DNA of 63,982 nt, filler included, from Globobulimina sp. (GCA_003354225.1; 32 parts of 32 records of this genome joined end to end with filler, not necessarily neighbours in it); one strand, 5' to 3'. Positions 1 to 12,864 are shown, counted from the first letter of the whole stretch. Program-made: numbers and translations. The notes: a model not told the origin generated them from the letters alone.

Positions 1-463
1 CTTTTATCAATAAATCTAATTTCTCTTTGTTTGATTTCAAATCAATCTCAATATTTCTTTGTTTAATTCTTCTTTCGATGATTAATAAATCGATTAGCAT
101 ATAAGGCAATCTTTGTTCAATTGGAATATCAGAGATTGAGTCTAATACTGCTGATTTTGACTCTTCTTTGTCACGTGCACCATTTGACTCATTTGATAAT
201 AATTTCTTATGTATTAACATATTTTTATCGTCATCTCCATTGATATCAAATAATTTTTGTAAATGACTTTTCCAATCACAAAATGTACGCAAATATTCCA
301 ATTTATTGCTGACATCAATCTTATTTTGACTTTCTTTCTCTTTTCGTGCATCTAATAATTCGCGCCATAAAGCTGGGTTTGATAACATCATTAGCATTAC
401 GGTCTCTTTGTTCATGTTGCCATCATCATCACTGCCTGCATCTGATTTATTTTCAATATCCAT
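1..463 (-). CDS. Hypothetical protein, N-terminal part, runs off the window edge
   Basis: ATG at 463-461 (MDIENKSDAGSDDDG...) with an open frame to position 1; divergent from DENR, 112 bp between start codons. Confidence 0.55.
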   Translation of the reverse strand, partial: MDIENKSDAGSDDDGNMNKETVMLMMLSNPALWRELLDARKEKESQNKIDVSNKLEYLRTFCDWKSHLQKLFDINGDDDKNMLIHKKLLSNESNGARDKEESKSAVLDSISDIPIEQRLPYMLIDLLIIERRIKQRNIEIDLKSNKEKLDLLIK

Positions 464-575
464 TATTGTGTGTAATTTGTTATGTGATTTGTGTTGAAAA
501 TGAAGCAAATTATGATTAGAGTGAGTTGTTTTTTACTACACACTCAACTGACTCAAAATCACCTTACAATAAACT

Positions 576-1745
576 ATGGCATCTATACTCTATTGTGGCG
601 GTATGTAAATTATATACCCACAGTCACTAAATTATCCAAAAACAAAAACAAAAACACATCAAAAGTATGCACAATGCCACTCGAATATTGTCGATACCAT
701 CCAAAATATGATAAGTGTCTGGCGTGGATGAAACAAAACCAACTCAAAATCTTTGAAACTGAAATAAAAGACATATCTGGTACGCATTACATTTTTTGTA
801 CACCAAAAACATCCTTGCACTCAATAACTATGATTAAAAACAGAAAGAAACCCCAAAATCGCTAAAAAAGCGCTATATTTATGGGATGAAAAGGCAGCCG
901 AAATAAAAGAAGAAAAAGAACAAAAAGAGCAAAAACTAAAAGAATTAAAACAAACCAAAAAAGTAAAAATATTAGAAAAAAAGATAAAAATTCAACAAAA
1001 AATTAGCAACGACCAAATATCTGATATCACCTCCAAAATAGCCGCGTTATCTACAAAAAACGCACCCGAATCTCCGTCAAAATCCATCCTTAAAAACCGT
1101 CAAAATCCGAATTACAAAATGGAGCGACAAAAATTAGCAGATTCCATGCAAAACAGTGACGGCGATGAGCAGCAAATCGAGGCGGTGAATGATTTTGGTT
1201 TAGGTCGAGGCGGCAATAGGAATAAGGCCGGAGGGCGACCACCGCGGAAAGATACGAAAAAGCGAAAAAAAGGCAAAAAAAATCGGGAAAAGAGGCAAAA
1301 AAAAAGGAATGAAGAGGAGGAGGATGAGGACAAAGAAAGTGATGACGAGGAAACTAAGAAAAAGATCAAATATTATGAGCGGTATAAAAACAAAAAAGTA
1401 CCGAAAAATATCGTGGAGGTATCGTTGGAGAATAGGAAAGGAAATAAAAAAGTGACCACAGTACGCGGCTATTTGGAAAAAACTAAGTTTAAGGAATCGC
1501 AGATTGCGAGTGCCTTTAGGAAGCAATTTGCGACTTCGGTGAACATTACGTTTCAGAATCCAGGGAGTGAGAAGGGACCAAAACAGGTGGTTTTAATGGG
1601 GGATAAGAGGCACGATTTTATGACTTATTTGAAAGGCAAGTTTGGCGACAAAGTGGGTGATTTGTTGTATTATAAAAGCAAAAGATATGGCCTTACGCCT
1701 GCAGTTGACCCGCAGCATGGATTTATTATGCCGCCTCCAAAATAA
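576..1745 (+). CDS. DENR: Density-regulated protein DENR/Tma22 (translation reinitiation factor, SUI1 domain), 3 exons
   Basis: Splicing GT-AG introns 601-665 and 780-843 gives MASILYCGVCTMPLEYCRYHPKYDKCLAW (DENR zinc-binding motif), in frame with the SUI1 domain (RKGNKKVTTVRG...FRKQFATS...VLMGD). Confidence 0.88.
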
Positions 1746-1904
1746 TTAACCTTGCATGTTGATATAATGTATTTATTGATGCAAAGTGTGAACATCAGGA
1801 CATGAACCACCGATTGTGCTTAATTTCTTAGTTTATAGCTCACTTCACGAAAACCTTAAAATCAGAAGGAAAGTATAATGCTTCTGAGATTTCATTTTTT
1901 TTCT

Positions 1905-2004
1905 NNNNNNNNNNNNNNNNNNNNNNNNNNNNNNNNNNNNNNNNNNNNTTAATTAATTAANNNNNNNNNNNNNNNNNNNNNNNNNNNNNNNNNNNNNNNN
2001 NNNN
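1905..2004. other. Artificial contig linker (44N + TTAATTAATTAA + 44N); recurs 31 times about every 2003 bp
   Basis: Identical 100-bp spacer with stops in all six frames; flanking contigs are about 1.9 kb and decrease in length along the window. Confidence 0.98.
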
Positions 2005-2342
2005 AACAAAATAATAAAAATTATACAATATTATGTGACTGCAAGAAAGCAATATGCTATATCAAAAGCAGAAACCAATTAAAAGAAAAATATAAAAAAA
2101 TAACCCAGGAAATTAAAGAATTGCTAACAAACCTAAAAAATAGCAACTACATAATAAAACTATACTGGATACCAGGACACATAGACAATATATGGAATGA
2201 CCTAGCTGACAGCTTAGCAAAAAAAGCAGCAAGAAACTACAATAACCAACAACCAGGCAACTGGGCCCCTTTGGGAGCACTCCAAGTGCATCACGGGCAT
2301 CCATTAATGATTCATTATTATTATTATTATTAATGATTCATT
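2005..2342 (+). mobile_element. 3' end of non-LTR retrotransposon: RNase H domain followed by an (ATT)n tail
   Basis: ILCDCK...LYWIPGH...NDLADSLAKKAA matches RNase H of non-LTR elements; (ATT)6 at 2314-2331 overlapped by a duplicated ATTAATGATTCATT. Confidence 0.75.
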
Positions 2343-2506
2343 CAATTTTGCTTTCTGTGCTGCTATTTGAGCCGCTCTTCTCTCTGCTTTAAAAGGGACG
2401 CACCAACTTGCATCTGCAGCATATTGCTGAGTTTGTGTTTGAGATGAGAAAGATGTGAATGAAGTGAGTGTTGCAGTTTTTTACTTTGAAAATCAATTTG
2501 ATGCGA

Positions 2507-3862
2507 TTAAACTGTTAATTTTTTACCACCAAATAAACGTATGCTTTTTCTTAAATACAACATAATTAAAGCAGTGATAGCCAATGTGACTACAACAACA
2601 GTCCATTGCAGCCATAATCCAGTCGTAACATGTCCGTATTCCAAATCAATTCTATATTCATTAATACTATAATATGTTGCTAAAATACTGTAACTTACAG
2701 CATCTCCAATAAATAATGCACCAGAAATTGCCCAACACTCAGTCGTTAGCCAAATAATTGTTATTCCGAATGTATTGCAAAGTCTTGGCACTGTGTATTG
2801 TGTATACGTAAGCTCTTTATCCTCATCATTGTGTACAACACTTTCCTCAATTTTGTGTTCAACTCTTTGTTGCGTCAATTTATGCGTTGCATAAATACTC
2901 ACAAAGACCATGGTCACCGCAACAAACCAATACAGCACAAATACATTGAATATTATAGATTTTGTAGCATTATAAAACACAGTCACTCGCAGTGCAGCAT
3001 GCCACGCAAAGCCAACCACAAACTTAACATTATTATATATCAATTTATTTGTTTCCTGCACAGTTCTCGATTTTGTAAACAATGTTTGACCCGAAATCTC
3101 CTTCGGATACAAACAATAAAAATGATCACTTAATGACACTAAAAAAGACATGGTAAGAGTTACAACAATGCAATATATCCAAACATGAGCAGTTGTTAAT
3201 TTATCACCGCCATACATGGACAATACAAAACTATCAATGGCAGTCCGCCAACTCCAAGCCATGATATATGTGGTCGTCAATAACATTAATGAAATATATC
3301 TTTGTTTGACAGCAAAATGAGTGAGAATTTTACTATCAATTTCAAGCGCACTTTGTTCCATGATATCTGCTCTATGTTTGCTGTATCTGTTTGTTAAATG
3401 AATAGTAATCCAAACGCCAATTATTGTCCATATTACTGCATAAAGAATATATGCTGCAGACTCCATATGATTTCTTTCAAAGACCTTTTCTTGAAATGTG
3501 AGTTTAGCGGCATCGCGAAGTGTCATTGACACAACGAAACTAATTGCTGACTGTAATAAAAACTCAAATTTAGAAAAAAACGGTCTTTTCCCATCAGTGT
3601 CTGGTTCATTTGGACTTGGAGCATCATTGTTGTCTTCCGAGTCGGTGAGAAACTGTTTTTTGAATTTATCCGATTGCACATCAATCCAACAGCAGAATGG
3701 CAACATAATCACAATCAAAGCAAGTATCAATGAAACAGCAAATATTAACCAAATGTTGGATAAATCAGTCCACCCTTCAACATGCGTTGTATTCTCAATG
3801 GCTGAATATAGCACTGTTGCATTTGTGAATGCTAAACTGCCAATAACCAGGTTTGTTGTGCT
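2507..3862 (-). CDS. Multi-pass membrane protein made of tandem DUF5654-like two-helix repeats (last exon; 5' exon missing)
   Basis: Repeated units: AISFVVSMTLRDA..YAVIWT; TTYIMAWSWRTAI..YCIVVT; VKFVVGFAWHAAL..FVAVT; AISGALFIGDAV..WTVVV; TAG acceptor at 3865-3863. Confidence 0.6.
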   Translation of the reverse strand, partial: STTNLVIGSLAFTNATVLYSAIENTTHVEGWTDLSNIWLIFAVSLILALIVIMLPFCCWIDVQSDKFKKQFLTDSEDNNDAPSPNEPDTDGKRPFFSKFEFLLQSAISFVVSMTLRDAAKLTFQEKVFERNHMESAAYILYAVIWTIIGVWITIHLTNRYSKHRADIMEQSALEIDSKILTHFAVKQRYISLMLLTTTYIMAWSWRTAIDSFVLSMYGGDKLTTAHVWIYCIVVTLTMSFLVSLSDHFYCLYPKEISGQTLFTKSRTVQETNKLIYNNVKFVVGFAWHAALRVTVFYNATKSIIFNVFVLYWFVAVTMVFVSIYATHKLTQQRVEHKIEESVVHNDEDKELTYTQYTVPRLCNTFGITIIWLTTECWAISGALFIGDAVSYSILATYYSINEYRIDLEYGHVTTGLWLQWTVVVVTLAITALIMLYLRKSIRLFGGKKLTV

Positions 3863-4665
3863 CTAATTTAACGTCACTGGCATTAATTAGTGAAATAAAA
3901 TAATTTAANNNNNNNNNNNNNNNNNNNNNNNNNNNNNNNNNNNNNNNNNNNNTTAATTAATTAANNNNNNNNNNNNNNNNNNNNNNNNNNNNNNNNNNNN
4001 NNNNNNNNCCAATGTATTACACACTGGACATTTTGTGGTGTACTCACACTGTTTGGTATCGGCGCGGCGTTGGTGATATTAAACTGTTCAGATGCCATTG
4101 CCCATATTTATTATATTATTTATTGTGTAACTTAATTATTATAAATCAATAGATTTACCAAACTGTGGCGCAATTATTATAAATGATGCACAAATCACCA
4201 TTAGGTGGGCAATAAATTATAATTAAATAGTTGTACTGCAGATATTATATACAATAATAAGAAAAGAAAAGAAAAGAATAGAGCAAATAATACTAATTTA
4301 ATGTTGTTGTGCCATCAATGGACAATGGTGCATGTGCCTCAACTAACAGATGTGCAGTTATATTTTGCTTGCGCTTATGTATGTGTATAGCAAACAGATA
4401 ACTGAAAGATACGCAAAGTTTTAATTTAAGTGGTTTTCTCGAACTCTGCCTCGACTCTCGAGTGCCGGATTAAAAAACACATTGACTCTATGATCTAGGG
4501 TCCAATTTTAATTACGTAACCATGACCTGTCATTTTACAATCAATGGACAATGGAACGCACCGACTAAAACAAAAAAAACTGAACAGCTATATTTAAACA
4601 ACTCATTACAACAAAAAATAGGAAGAAAGCAAGAAAAGGGAAATGGAAATTAAATATTAATGGCG

Positions 4666-5745
4666 TTATTGGTGTGCATGTGACTCGTGTTTGTCTTTAT
4701 CTTTATCTTCATCAATATTAATATTGGGTGCACTGTAATTGTTGTTATAATTTTGAATAGAGCCATTTATAGTGTTTTGATAGAAAGCAAGGTCATCATT
4801 TTCGTTGATTTCATGTATTTCATCCTCAATCTTATTGTCGTCGTCCTCGTCATAGGTCAACGTATTGGTATTGGTCGCGGTCGCACTTTCATGCGGTGCT
4901 TTTTTTTTGATTTGAATTTCGATGAATTGTTTTAATTTCTTTTTAAATTCGCGCCCTCGACGATATTCAATGTCATTATGGCCACATCCATCCACAGAGT
5001 ACAACTGTACGCAATTTGCATTCATATTTGTTTTTTTCAATAAAGAATATAAGTGTTTCCCGTGAGAGTAAGGCACCACATTATCGCTGGTACCATGTAT
5101 GACAAAGACCGGATAATACTTTATTTTGGGCACTTTCTCCTCATTGGTAAATATGTCAATTTTCTTAAAAACATAGCCGACCCAGTCAGGCATTTGCGTC
5201 TTAATCGCGGTGCGAAGCGGCGATTGCAATATCATGCCGGCTAAGTTGTTATTGTTCGAAGCCAAATGGATCGTCGGTCCGCTCCCTAAGCTACGGCCAA
5301 ATACAATGATTTTTTCAGATGCGATTTTCTGTTCAATGGTTAAAAACTCAAACACTCGATTTATATCCGCAAAGCATGCTATTTTCATAATATATACATA
5401 TTTAAATTATTATTTATTATTGAATGAGAGGTCAGGTATTATACCTTTCTCTGAACACTGTCCTTCGCTGAGACCATATCCCGAATAATCATACGCACAA
5501 AAATTGCATTCTAAATAGGTTGCGAGATCGATAAAGGTTGCTTTGGAGCCAGCTAAGTCTTCGGCATTTCCATGTGAATATAATATGGTAAATTCAGCAT
5601 CAAAATCAAACCACAACAATGCTACATTGTTTCCCATTGAGTTTTGCACAATTTTTAAATTTCCTTTATTTTCTATTTTCATTTGTTCGTGCGCCTCCGG
5701 ACGATCTGGCGGGATAAACGCTAATTGTTCCACAATATTGCCCAT
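4666..5745 (-). CDS. ABHD17: Alpha/beta hydrolase, ABHD17-like protein depalmitoylase, 2 exons
   Basis: Motifs LYSHGNAEDL, YDYSGYGLSEG, GRSLGSGP, IHGTSDNVV, GCGHND; intron 5379-5444 joins the two ORFs (CSEK|ACFAD). Confidence 0.9.
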
Positions 5746-6012
5746 TATATAGTAGGATCCTGGCGATAGAAAATAACTAAAAAAAAATTGAGATACTTTT
5801 TGGATGGACTTTCGTGATAAAGATTTGAAATTTGCTAAAGATTGCATGCCATGCACTACTAAAGCAGCGCAAAAAAACAAAAAAAACTTTTTTATGAATA
5901 AAATATTGGACTNNNNNNNNNNNNNNNNNNNNNNNNNNNNNNNNNNNNNNNNNNNNTTAATTAATTAANNNNNNNNNNNNNNNNNNNNNNNNNNNNNNNN
6001 NNNNNNNNNNNN

Positions 6013-7685
6013 TTGGCACAAAAAATGGACGGACAATAATAACAATTTGACGCTTTGTTCAATGACATGGCCGCTCGTTTGACAATATCGTCGGTATATG
6101 TTTCCAATACGTTCGCAATCATCCCATTAATGACGACTGTGTTGCATGCTAATACTAAATTGGTGGCGGGTTTGGTGCCATCCGTCAGGTCTTCTAAGGG
6201 CACACCGCAATATACGTAACGCGGTGTATTCTCTGATGTAAATTTGAACGAATGATGGTTAGAATGGATCTGATGCGGATGTGGGTATCCGTCAATATGT
6301 AAATCTGTTATCGGCGGACATAGCTGACTCAATATATAATCCACCTCTCTTTTTTGCAGGAATGGCGATAATATGTGACATGATAACAAGTGTCCGTTGA
6401 CCAACGAATTCTGCATCGTGCATATCCACGATCTGATATCCTCCAATTGCGGTTTGCGTAGACTGATATTTATTAATTTCGGGTCTTTCACCAAAAAACC
6501 TAATCTATCCCATAAATATGACAGATTTACGGTGGTGACAAGATAGCGATTTCCTAAATCAATTTGATCGTAAACAGAGGCATTTAAATATAAACAAAAC
6601 TTATTTCTCAACCACATATACAATCCATTCTTTTTTGCGCCGAACGGCAATGCATTTATGCCATTGGAGGATACGATAAATGCTGTCTTATAATATCGTG
6701 GTAAATTATTCTGGATTCTAATACGTAATGGTTTGCCGTAAAGATGCACATCATACTGCAACGGCAACTTTTTCCCAACAACATTCGTGATATATTCCAA
6801 CAACGCCGTGTTTGTTGACTCGTAATGATAGCCAGCACCAGATTTGCTTGCATCGCCATGTTGGGCCGCAATATACGCTAAAATGCCGTCTGTGTTGCCG
6901 GTGATATTCTTGATTGAGTTATAAAATGCCACGACATATGACATATGTACATAAATGGTACAATCTAATGATACGGATAGCGGCGGCAATCTCGGCTGCA
7001 ATTCTTTTCTCGATTTACTAATTTGGGCATCGGCTAATTGTATCATAAAGTCAGCCTCTTTACGTATCCATAAATTATCTTCAATTCTGCTGTTAATATA
7101 AATTTTTTCAAAGATTATGCGCGGACTCACGGCTAAGCCAATTTGTTGATGATATTTCTTGGCGCGGTGTACCCATTTGAGCGTATTATTAAATTGAAAG
7201 TTCTCGAATTTTACTATTAATTTCTTACCGCGATCGATCTGGCTGGACACTGTGGTGGCTGTTGTCAATAAAGGTGGTGCTTTGTACGTTAATTTGGTTT
7301 GATCAAACACCAAATTCAATTCATTAAAATCTCTGAACGTGGTGATTTTATTTGGTATCACCTTGGTCACACATTTAATACGGACAGATTCTGCCTTTTC
7401 AGGGATGCTTTGTATACCTTGGATATATTGTAAACGCGGAGCATGCACAGACGGATTCTGTATTGAAAAATGCCGTATTTTCGTTTCATGTTTAGGAGCA
7501 TCCGCCGGTTGTTGTGATTGAGTGTGCGTTCGTTTTAGGGAATTTTTTGGTTTTGTAGGGAAGGGGATTTGTGATGCACTGTCATCATCGCCAAAAGTAT
7601 ATTGGTCGAAATTCTCTGAAAATGTGCAGTGTTGTTTAACCGTTTCTGTAAATGTATATTTTAGTATATTTACCTTTTTTTTCAT
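6013..7685 (-). CDS. Large intronless hypothetical protein, truncated by contig end; possibly the start of a Ulp1-like peptidase at the truncated end
   Basis: Open frame of more than 550 aa; no confident motif; the last ~60 aa weakly resemble a C48 protease N-terminus. Confidence 0.5.
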
Positions 7686-8102
7686 CTGTCGACATCTAAA
7701 TTTATGAGGTCGTGAGGAATAGGTATAATAAGGAAAGGGATGAAATGAAAGAAAGATTGTTTTTGATTGTTTGATGAAAGTGTTTTTTAGTGCAAGTAAG
7801 TAAGTCTTTATCAGAAACGTGTACTGGCGGTGTAGTTGTAGTATCTCGTAATGAGTTATATCACATTTGATATTATTATTAGTTAAATATAAAAAACAAA
7901 CAATATACATAAGCTTNNNNNNNNNNNNNNNNNNNNNNNNNNNNNNNNNNNNNNNNNNNNTTAATTAATTAANNNNNNNNNNNNNNNNNNNNNNNNNNNN
8001 NNNNNNNNNNNNNNNNTTTATATCTGATTTAACGTCCAATAAAATTGTTGCCAAATGGTCAGATTCGATGATACTTAAATATATAAAGGTTAGAAATTTC
8101 AT

Positions 8103-8145
8103 GTTGATAGTTGATAGTTGATAGTTGATACTTGATAGTTGATAG
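8103..8145. repeat. (GTTGATA)n heptamer tandem repeat
   Basis: About six copies, one with a substitution. Confidence 0.85.
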
Positions 8146-8639
8146 CAAAAACCTCTACTACTTGATAGCTAGTACGCAAAGTGCTAACGATCCATTGATA
8201 CATCCATTACACAGTCAAAGTCAAACTAATCCATACAGTGCTGTCCAAAACACACAGCCGAACCAACCACACAGTCGCACAAAACACACAGTTACAGCAT
8301 ACATTCATAGCAGTCTCAATTAATACATTCATTGGAACAAAAGGGATTATTTAAAGAATAGGAAATGTCAAATAAGAAATATCAAGAAATTTCAAAATCA
8401 TCATTGATTCAATCAAATGTAAATGTAAATTCATCATTGATACGCAAATCATTCGCAAATCAAACAAATCAAATCATTCGCAAAAAGAAATAATAAAATT
8501 AATGCTTATAAATGCATTTTAAGATCAACATAAGAAACAAACATAAATATTGATTTATAAATATATTCTGTTATAAAAGACATATTGACCTAAAAGCAAC
8601 TGTTGTTTTTTGCTTTTTTATTGTTTTAATATTGTGCGA

Positions 8640-8704
8640 TGTGTTTCAGCTGCATGGCATGTGTCAATTGCATGTGTTTCAGCTGCATGATATGTGTCAA
8701 TTCA
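8640..8704. repeat. 33-bp tandem duplication upstream of the MULE-like ORF
   Basis: TGTGTTTCAGCTGCATG(G/A)(C/T)ATGTGTCAATT present twice. Confidence 0.85.
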
Positions 8705-8842
8705 ACTTTTTTATTTTTATAATTAACTCTTGTGCAGTCTATCATTAGTATCATACGAACAAAAGACAAGTTTCGGTTACTTAGTCTCACTACACTGCAG
8801 TTTTCAACTTTGGTAGCAACCGGATTTAAGCAGTATAGTAAC

Positions 8843-9920
8843 ATGTTATGCAACGCCCAGAAATTAGATTTAATCAAACAACAAATCAACAATGGGATAA
8901 TACCATGGTCCTTAACAACAACACCAAATATAAATCATCAATATAGCACATCTGAAACATATAGAGATTTGAAATTCAACCGGTATATTATTGAGGATAT
9001 ATTTGTTGGTATTGAAGAATATAAAAAAATGGAGACAGTATTAAATGATATGGATACAGTGAAGAATGCAGCACGTTGCGATTTAGCTGAAGGTTCAATT
9101 GGAACTCGCATGCGATTAAATGACAAATTGTGTGCAATTGTATACGATACACCGCAATTTGATTGGGAAGACCGTCATATTTGTATTTATTATTCAGATT
9201 TATTTGGAGGTGATAATCCGCTGCTAACTACGAGCGAGGACCGGTTTGTATTGAAGAAAATGTGGCAATCCGACGTGAGAGCTTTATTGGTAAAATATGA
9301 TGTTTTGCCACCGTGTATCCGTAAAATAAATTTTGACCGTCCAGCCGGTGCTGGAGGTACCGTTGTATTCACTGCACATTGCGGTGATAAATGTGAGCAG
9401 TATGAATGCGGCAATACAATCACATTAGAAATAACTGTGAGTGCCGAATATGATGACATGGAATCCAATCCATCCACCCTTTCATTAGTTACATACTCAC
9501 ACATTTGCTGCCATCTTGAGGGATATCAGCAATCCAATAATTTAAAGCAAGGTGCTGTTACCATACAGAAAACTGGTTATCATCACTCAATGATATTAAC
9601 CCACCAATCAGAATTACGACAGGATAAACCACAGAATATATTATTTGGTGCAGCACAGCAAGTTATTACCAATCCATATCAGATTAAAAATTATATCCAT
9701 GCCCACAGAGCAAAGCATAGAAGACATATATCACCGCATGATTCCATCACTATGCTTCAAGAGGAATTGCAAGATGATGATTTAGTTCATCTTGGTTTAA
9801 AAAGAGAAGAAATATCGGTTGAAAAATTATCGACATTGGGTGGTATCCATAATTATCGGCCATTTCATCCAATGACAGTCAGCAGATATAGTTGGACCTC
9901 ATGGTATCTATATAGACAAA
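8843..9920 (+). mobile_element. Putative Mutator/NOF-FB-like transposase, N-terminal half (contig ends before the DDE core)
   Basis: Cys/His cluster (HCGDKCEQYECGNTITLEI...HICCH), then QIKNY...HRRH...DSITMLQEE...GIHNY..HPMTV; this pattern precedes the first catalytic Asp in NOF-FB/MULE proteins. Confidence 0.4.
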
Positions 9921-10515
9921 NNNNNNNNNNNNNNNNNNNNNNNNNNNNNNNNNNNNNNNNNNNNTTAATTAATTAANNNNNNNNNNNNNNNNNNNNNNNN
10001 NNNNNNNNNNNNNNNNNNNNACTGTAAATTGCAGTGATTTGGGTGATTTGCAATTGATTTGAATGGAATTAATACGGATTGATCTAAAATTGCTAATTCT
10101 TTGTTGATTTACTTTTGTGTGTGTTATATTGCTTTGTTTGGGGATTTTCGAGTTTTGTTTATTTTGGATCCAAATTAGTAGATTAATTTGATCCTATTTT
10201 GACTGCTTGAATCAGTCCTAATTTGTTTAGTATCTGGCGAAGACTTACTGTTTTTTTCTAGGTTTTTTTTTTCCTTTCAAACAGTCCAAACTTAAAGTCT
10301 AATCTTAATTTGCTTACAGCGCTTCAGTTGGCTTATTAACATGAGACAGACAATCAACAAAGCGGTGTTCTTAGTCTTTTCACGGACATTAACGATGCCT
10401 TACATTTTCCATCAAATTATTTTTTGTTTTTCAACTTTGTTTAACCGTGAAAACAAAAAGCAACAATGATACATCAACAGATTAATATAACACAATTACA
10501 ATGTCAATTTGTCAT

Positions 10516-11222
10516 TTATTTAAGTGGTATAAATCGCGATGAACCGGTTGAGCCAACACCAGGTCGTCCATGGCCCACTGGCTTATATGTTATTGAATAT
10601 TCTCCCAAATAATGTCCTATCATATCGGGCTGCGTATTGTCAGTACGAACAATATAAATATGTGCGAGGATGGGATAAAATAATACGTTTATTCGCAAAC
10701 AAAAACACAACACATAGCACATACTTTTACTTCAACGAGAATGTATCCCTTACCATTATAAACACCAATTTGTGCGGCAACCATCTCCGGCACAATTATC
10801 ATACTTCGTAAATGCGTCTTAATTATTTTGGGTTTTTTAATGGTTCCAGCCACGGCTTTTTTCGCTTTCCTTAATCGTTGAATAAACCCTTTTGGTTTTT
10901 CCTTTAATCCCCTTCGAAATCGCCTTCTTGCTCTGGAAGTTACCAATTTTAATAATTCTCCGTGTGGTAAATCCAATAATTTCTCTACTTCCACGCCTCT
11001 GTGTAGTTATTCATTCATTCATTTTTTAATTAATCATCAAAAAATAATAATCATCAATACCTATAATAATATTTTCGAAATTTACGTTTTTTCTTTAATT
11101 CCGCCATTCGAACTGGATCAATACGTGGTCCTCTCTTTGATTTTTGTTTGATTTTTTTCTTAGGCTGTTTATAAATGTATTCTCATTTCCATTCAATTAA
11201 CGTTTACAATGTACCATACCAT
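10516..11222 (-). CDS. RPS15: 40S ribosomal protein S15 (uS19), 4 exons
   Basis: Exons 11222-11220 (ATG only), 11164-11061, 10998-10725, 10629-10516; [55 protein letters not shown]. Confidence 0.97.
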
Positions 11223-11465
11223 GATGAATTTTGTTGCTTTTAACCAAATGAAATGAAATCAAATCAAATTTTAATGTATTTTAATTTGCTTCTAAAAGAG
11301 AGAGACGGTCGTTGTAAATAGACAATGTGACAGCGATTTGATTGCACGCTGGTCTGGCTAAGTTGAGGTTTTTTATGACATACAAAAACTTTCTATTAAA
11401 AACTACATTAACGTGTTTATAGTATTTGCTTCATCAATGACTATGAGCAACAAAATGAGCAAGTT

Positions 11466-11923
11466 TTACACCCATAAATTCCAAAATCGTACCTTTAAAT
11501 CAATGGGCACAAAGCCGCTCTCATGTTTATCATCTTTAGTCCTATAATACCTCCATGTAATACCATTTATCATCATAGTCTTCCAATCATCAATATTTTC
11601 TAGACTTTGAATCCACGCATAATCATTCTCAATATATCTCGCTCGATGGAATGCCCATTTTTTGGCTTTTCGAGCATATATCACAAATTGGTTCGGGTCA
11701 TTGCCATAACCGCCGCCGCCAATATGTACAAACAGTTTTTGCCCATTCACAATATCACCACAATCGATATAATATCCTTCAATATGTTGCCTAGGTAACG
11801 AGCCCTCGACTTTTGATTGGATTCTTATTTGAAACACAGTACATTTCTCTTTAAAACTTAGTAATATTCCATATAAACCGGTTGTATATCGATCTGACTG
11901 TGCTTTCAATGCTGATACGGGCA
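11466..11923 (-). CDS. Hypothetical protein, C-terminal fragment
   Basis: Open frame from the contig edge with globular composition; no recognised family. Confidence 0.45.
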
Positions 11924-12150
11924 NNNNNNNNNNNNNNNNNNNNNNNNNNNNNNNNNNNNNNNNNNNNTTAATTAATTAANNNNNNNNNNNNNNNNNNNNN
12001 NNNNNNNNNNNNNNNNNNNNNNNATTAGGGTAATGTTTCGTTTGCTCATAGAAAGATAACATGGGCTTTCATATAGTTTAGGGTTTGTCCAGAAATAATT
12101 TTCTAGTTTTTGAGCGCACCAACTGGACAAACCTTAAGCATTGTCTGTAC

Positions 12151-12864
12151 GGAGCGTTTGGTAAATTTGGTAGTCCTTATTCGATACTCCATGCGCCTAA
12201 TTTGTTGTTGCAAACCACTATATCAGGTCAAATTGGATTACTTATTCTTGTCGATGAAATCGGTAAAATTGACGGAGCTGAAGTTGTTTCATCAAATACG
12301 GATGCGGTAGTTGTTCACTGTACAGACGAATCTTATGATGAAGTAAATGACGTGTGCGTTTGGTGGGAAGATAACCTTAAACTGCAACTTGAAGAAACAC
12401 CATATAAGGCGCTATATTCTCGTGATGTTAATAACTACATTGGTGTTACGACAAAAGGTAAAGCCAAGATTAAAGGTGCCTATAAGCCGCCTGATTTAAG
12501 TAAAAACGTCATGGCACCCATTTGTTCTAAAGCAATTGTAGATTATGTTGTACACGGTGAGCCGATTGAGGATACAATAGAACTGTGTTCAGATATCCGA
12601 CAGTTCATATGCTTAAAGCAAGTTGCAGGTGGTGGTGAGTGGAGAGGTGAGCGATTAGGCAAAGCTGTCCGTTGGTATTATGGAATCGATGGAGAAGCAA
12701 TAAGATATATTAAGAACGGTAACAAGGTGGGCGAGTCAGATGGTGCAATTCCTGTTATGAATTTACCTGATGAATTTCCTGAAGATGTCAATACGCAATT
12801 TTACGTAGACCGAGCATATATAATGCTTGAAAAACTTGGATTAGATTTGGAGACAACGCTATGA
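12151..12864 (+). CDS. Bacteriophage family B-type DNA polymerase, C-terminal fragment
   Basis: GAFGKFGSPYS, TISGQ, VVSSNTD (motif C), LEETPYKALYSRDVNNY and GKAVRWYY are typical of tailed-phage PolB; intronless; ATGA overlap with next gene. Confidence 0.85.
   Translation, partial: GAFGKFGSPYSILHAPNLLLQTTISGQIGLLILVDEIGKIDGAEVVSSNTDAVVVHCTDESYDEVNDVCVWWEDNLKLQLEETPYKALYSRDVNNYIGVTTKGKAKIKGAYKPPDLSKNVMAPICSKAIVDYVVHGEPIEDTIELCSDIRQFICLKQVAGGGEWRGERLGKAVRWYYGIDGEAIRYIKNGNKVGESDGAIPVMNLPDEFPEDVNTQFYVDRAYIMLEKLGLDLETTL

Noticed and set aside
1112..1526. Antisense F/S/L-rich ORFs here and opposite many other genes
   Set aside because: Shadow frames of K/E-rich sense genes
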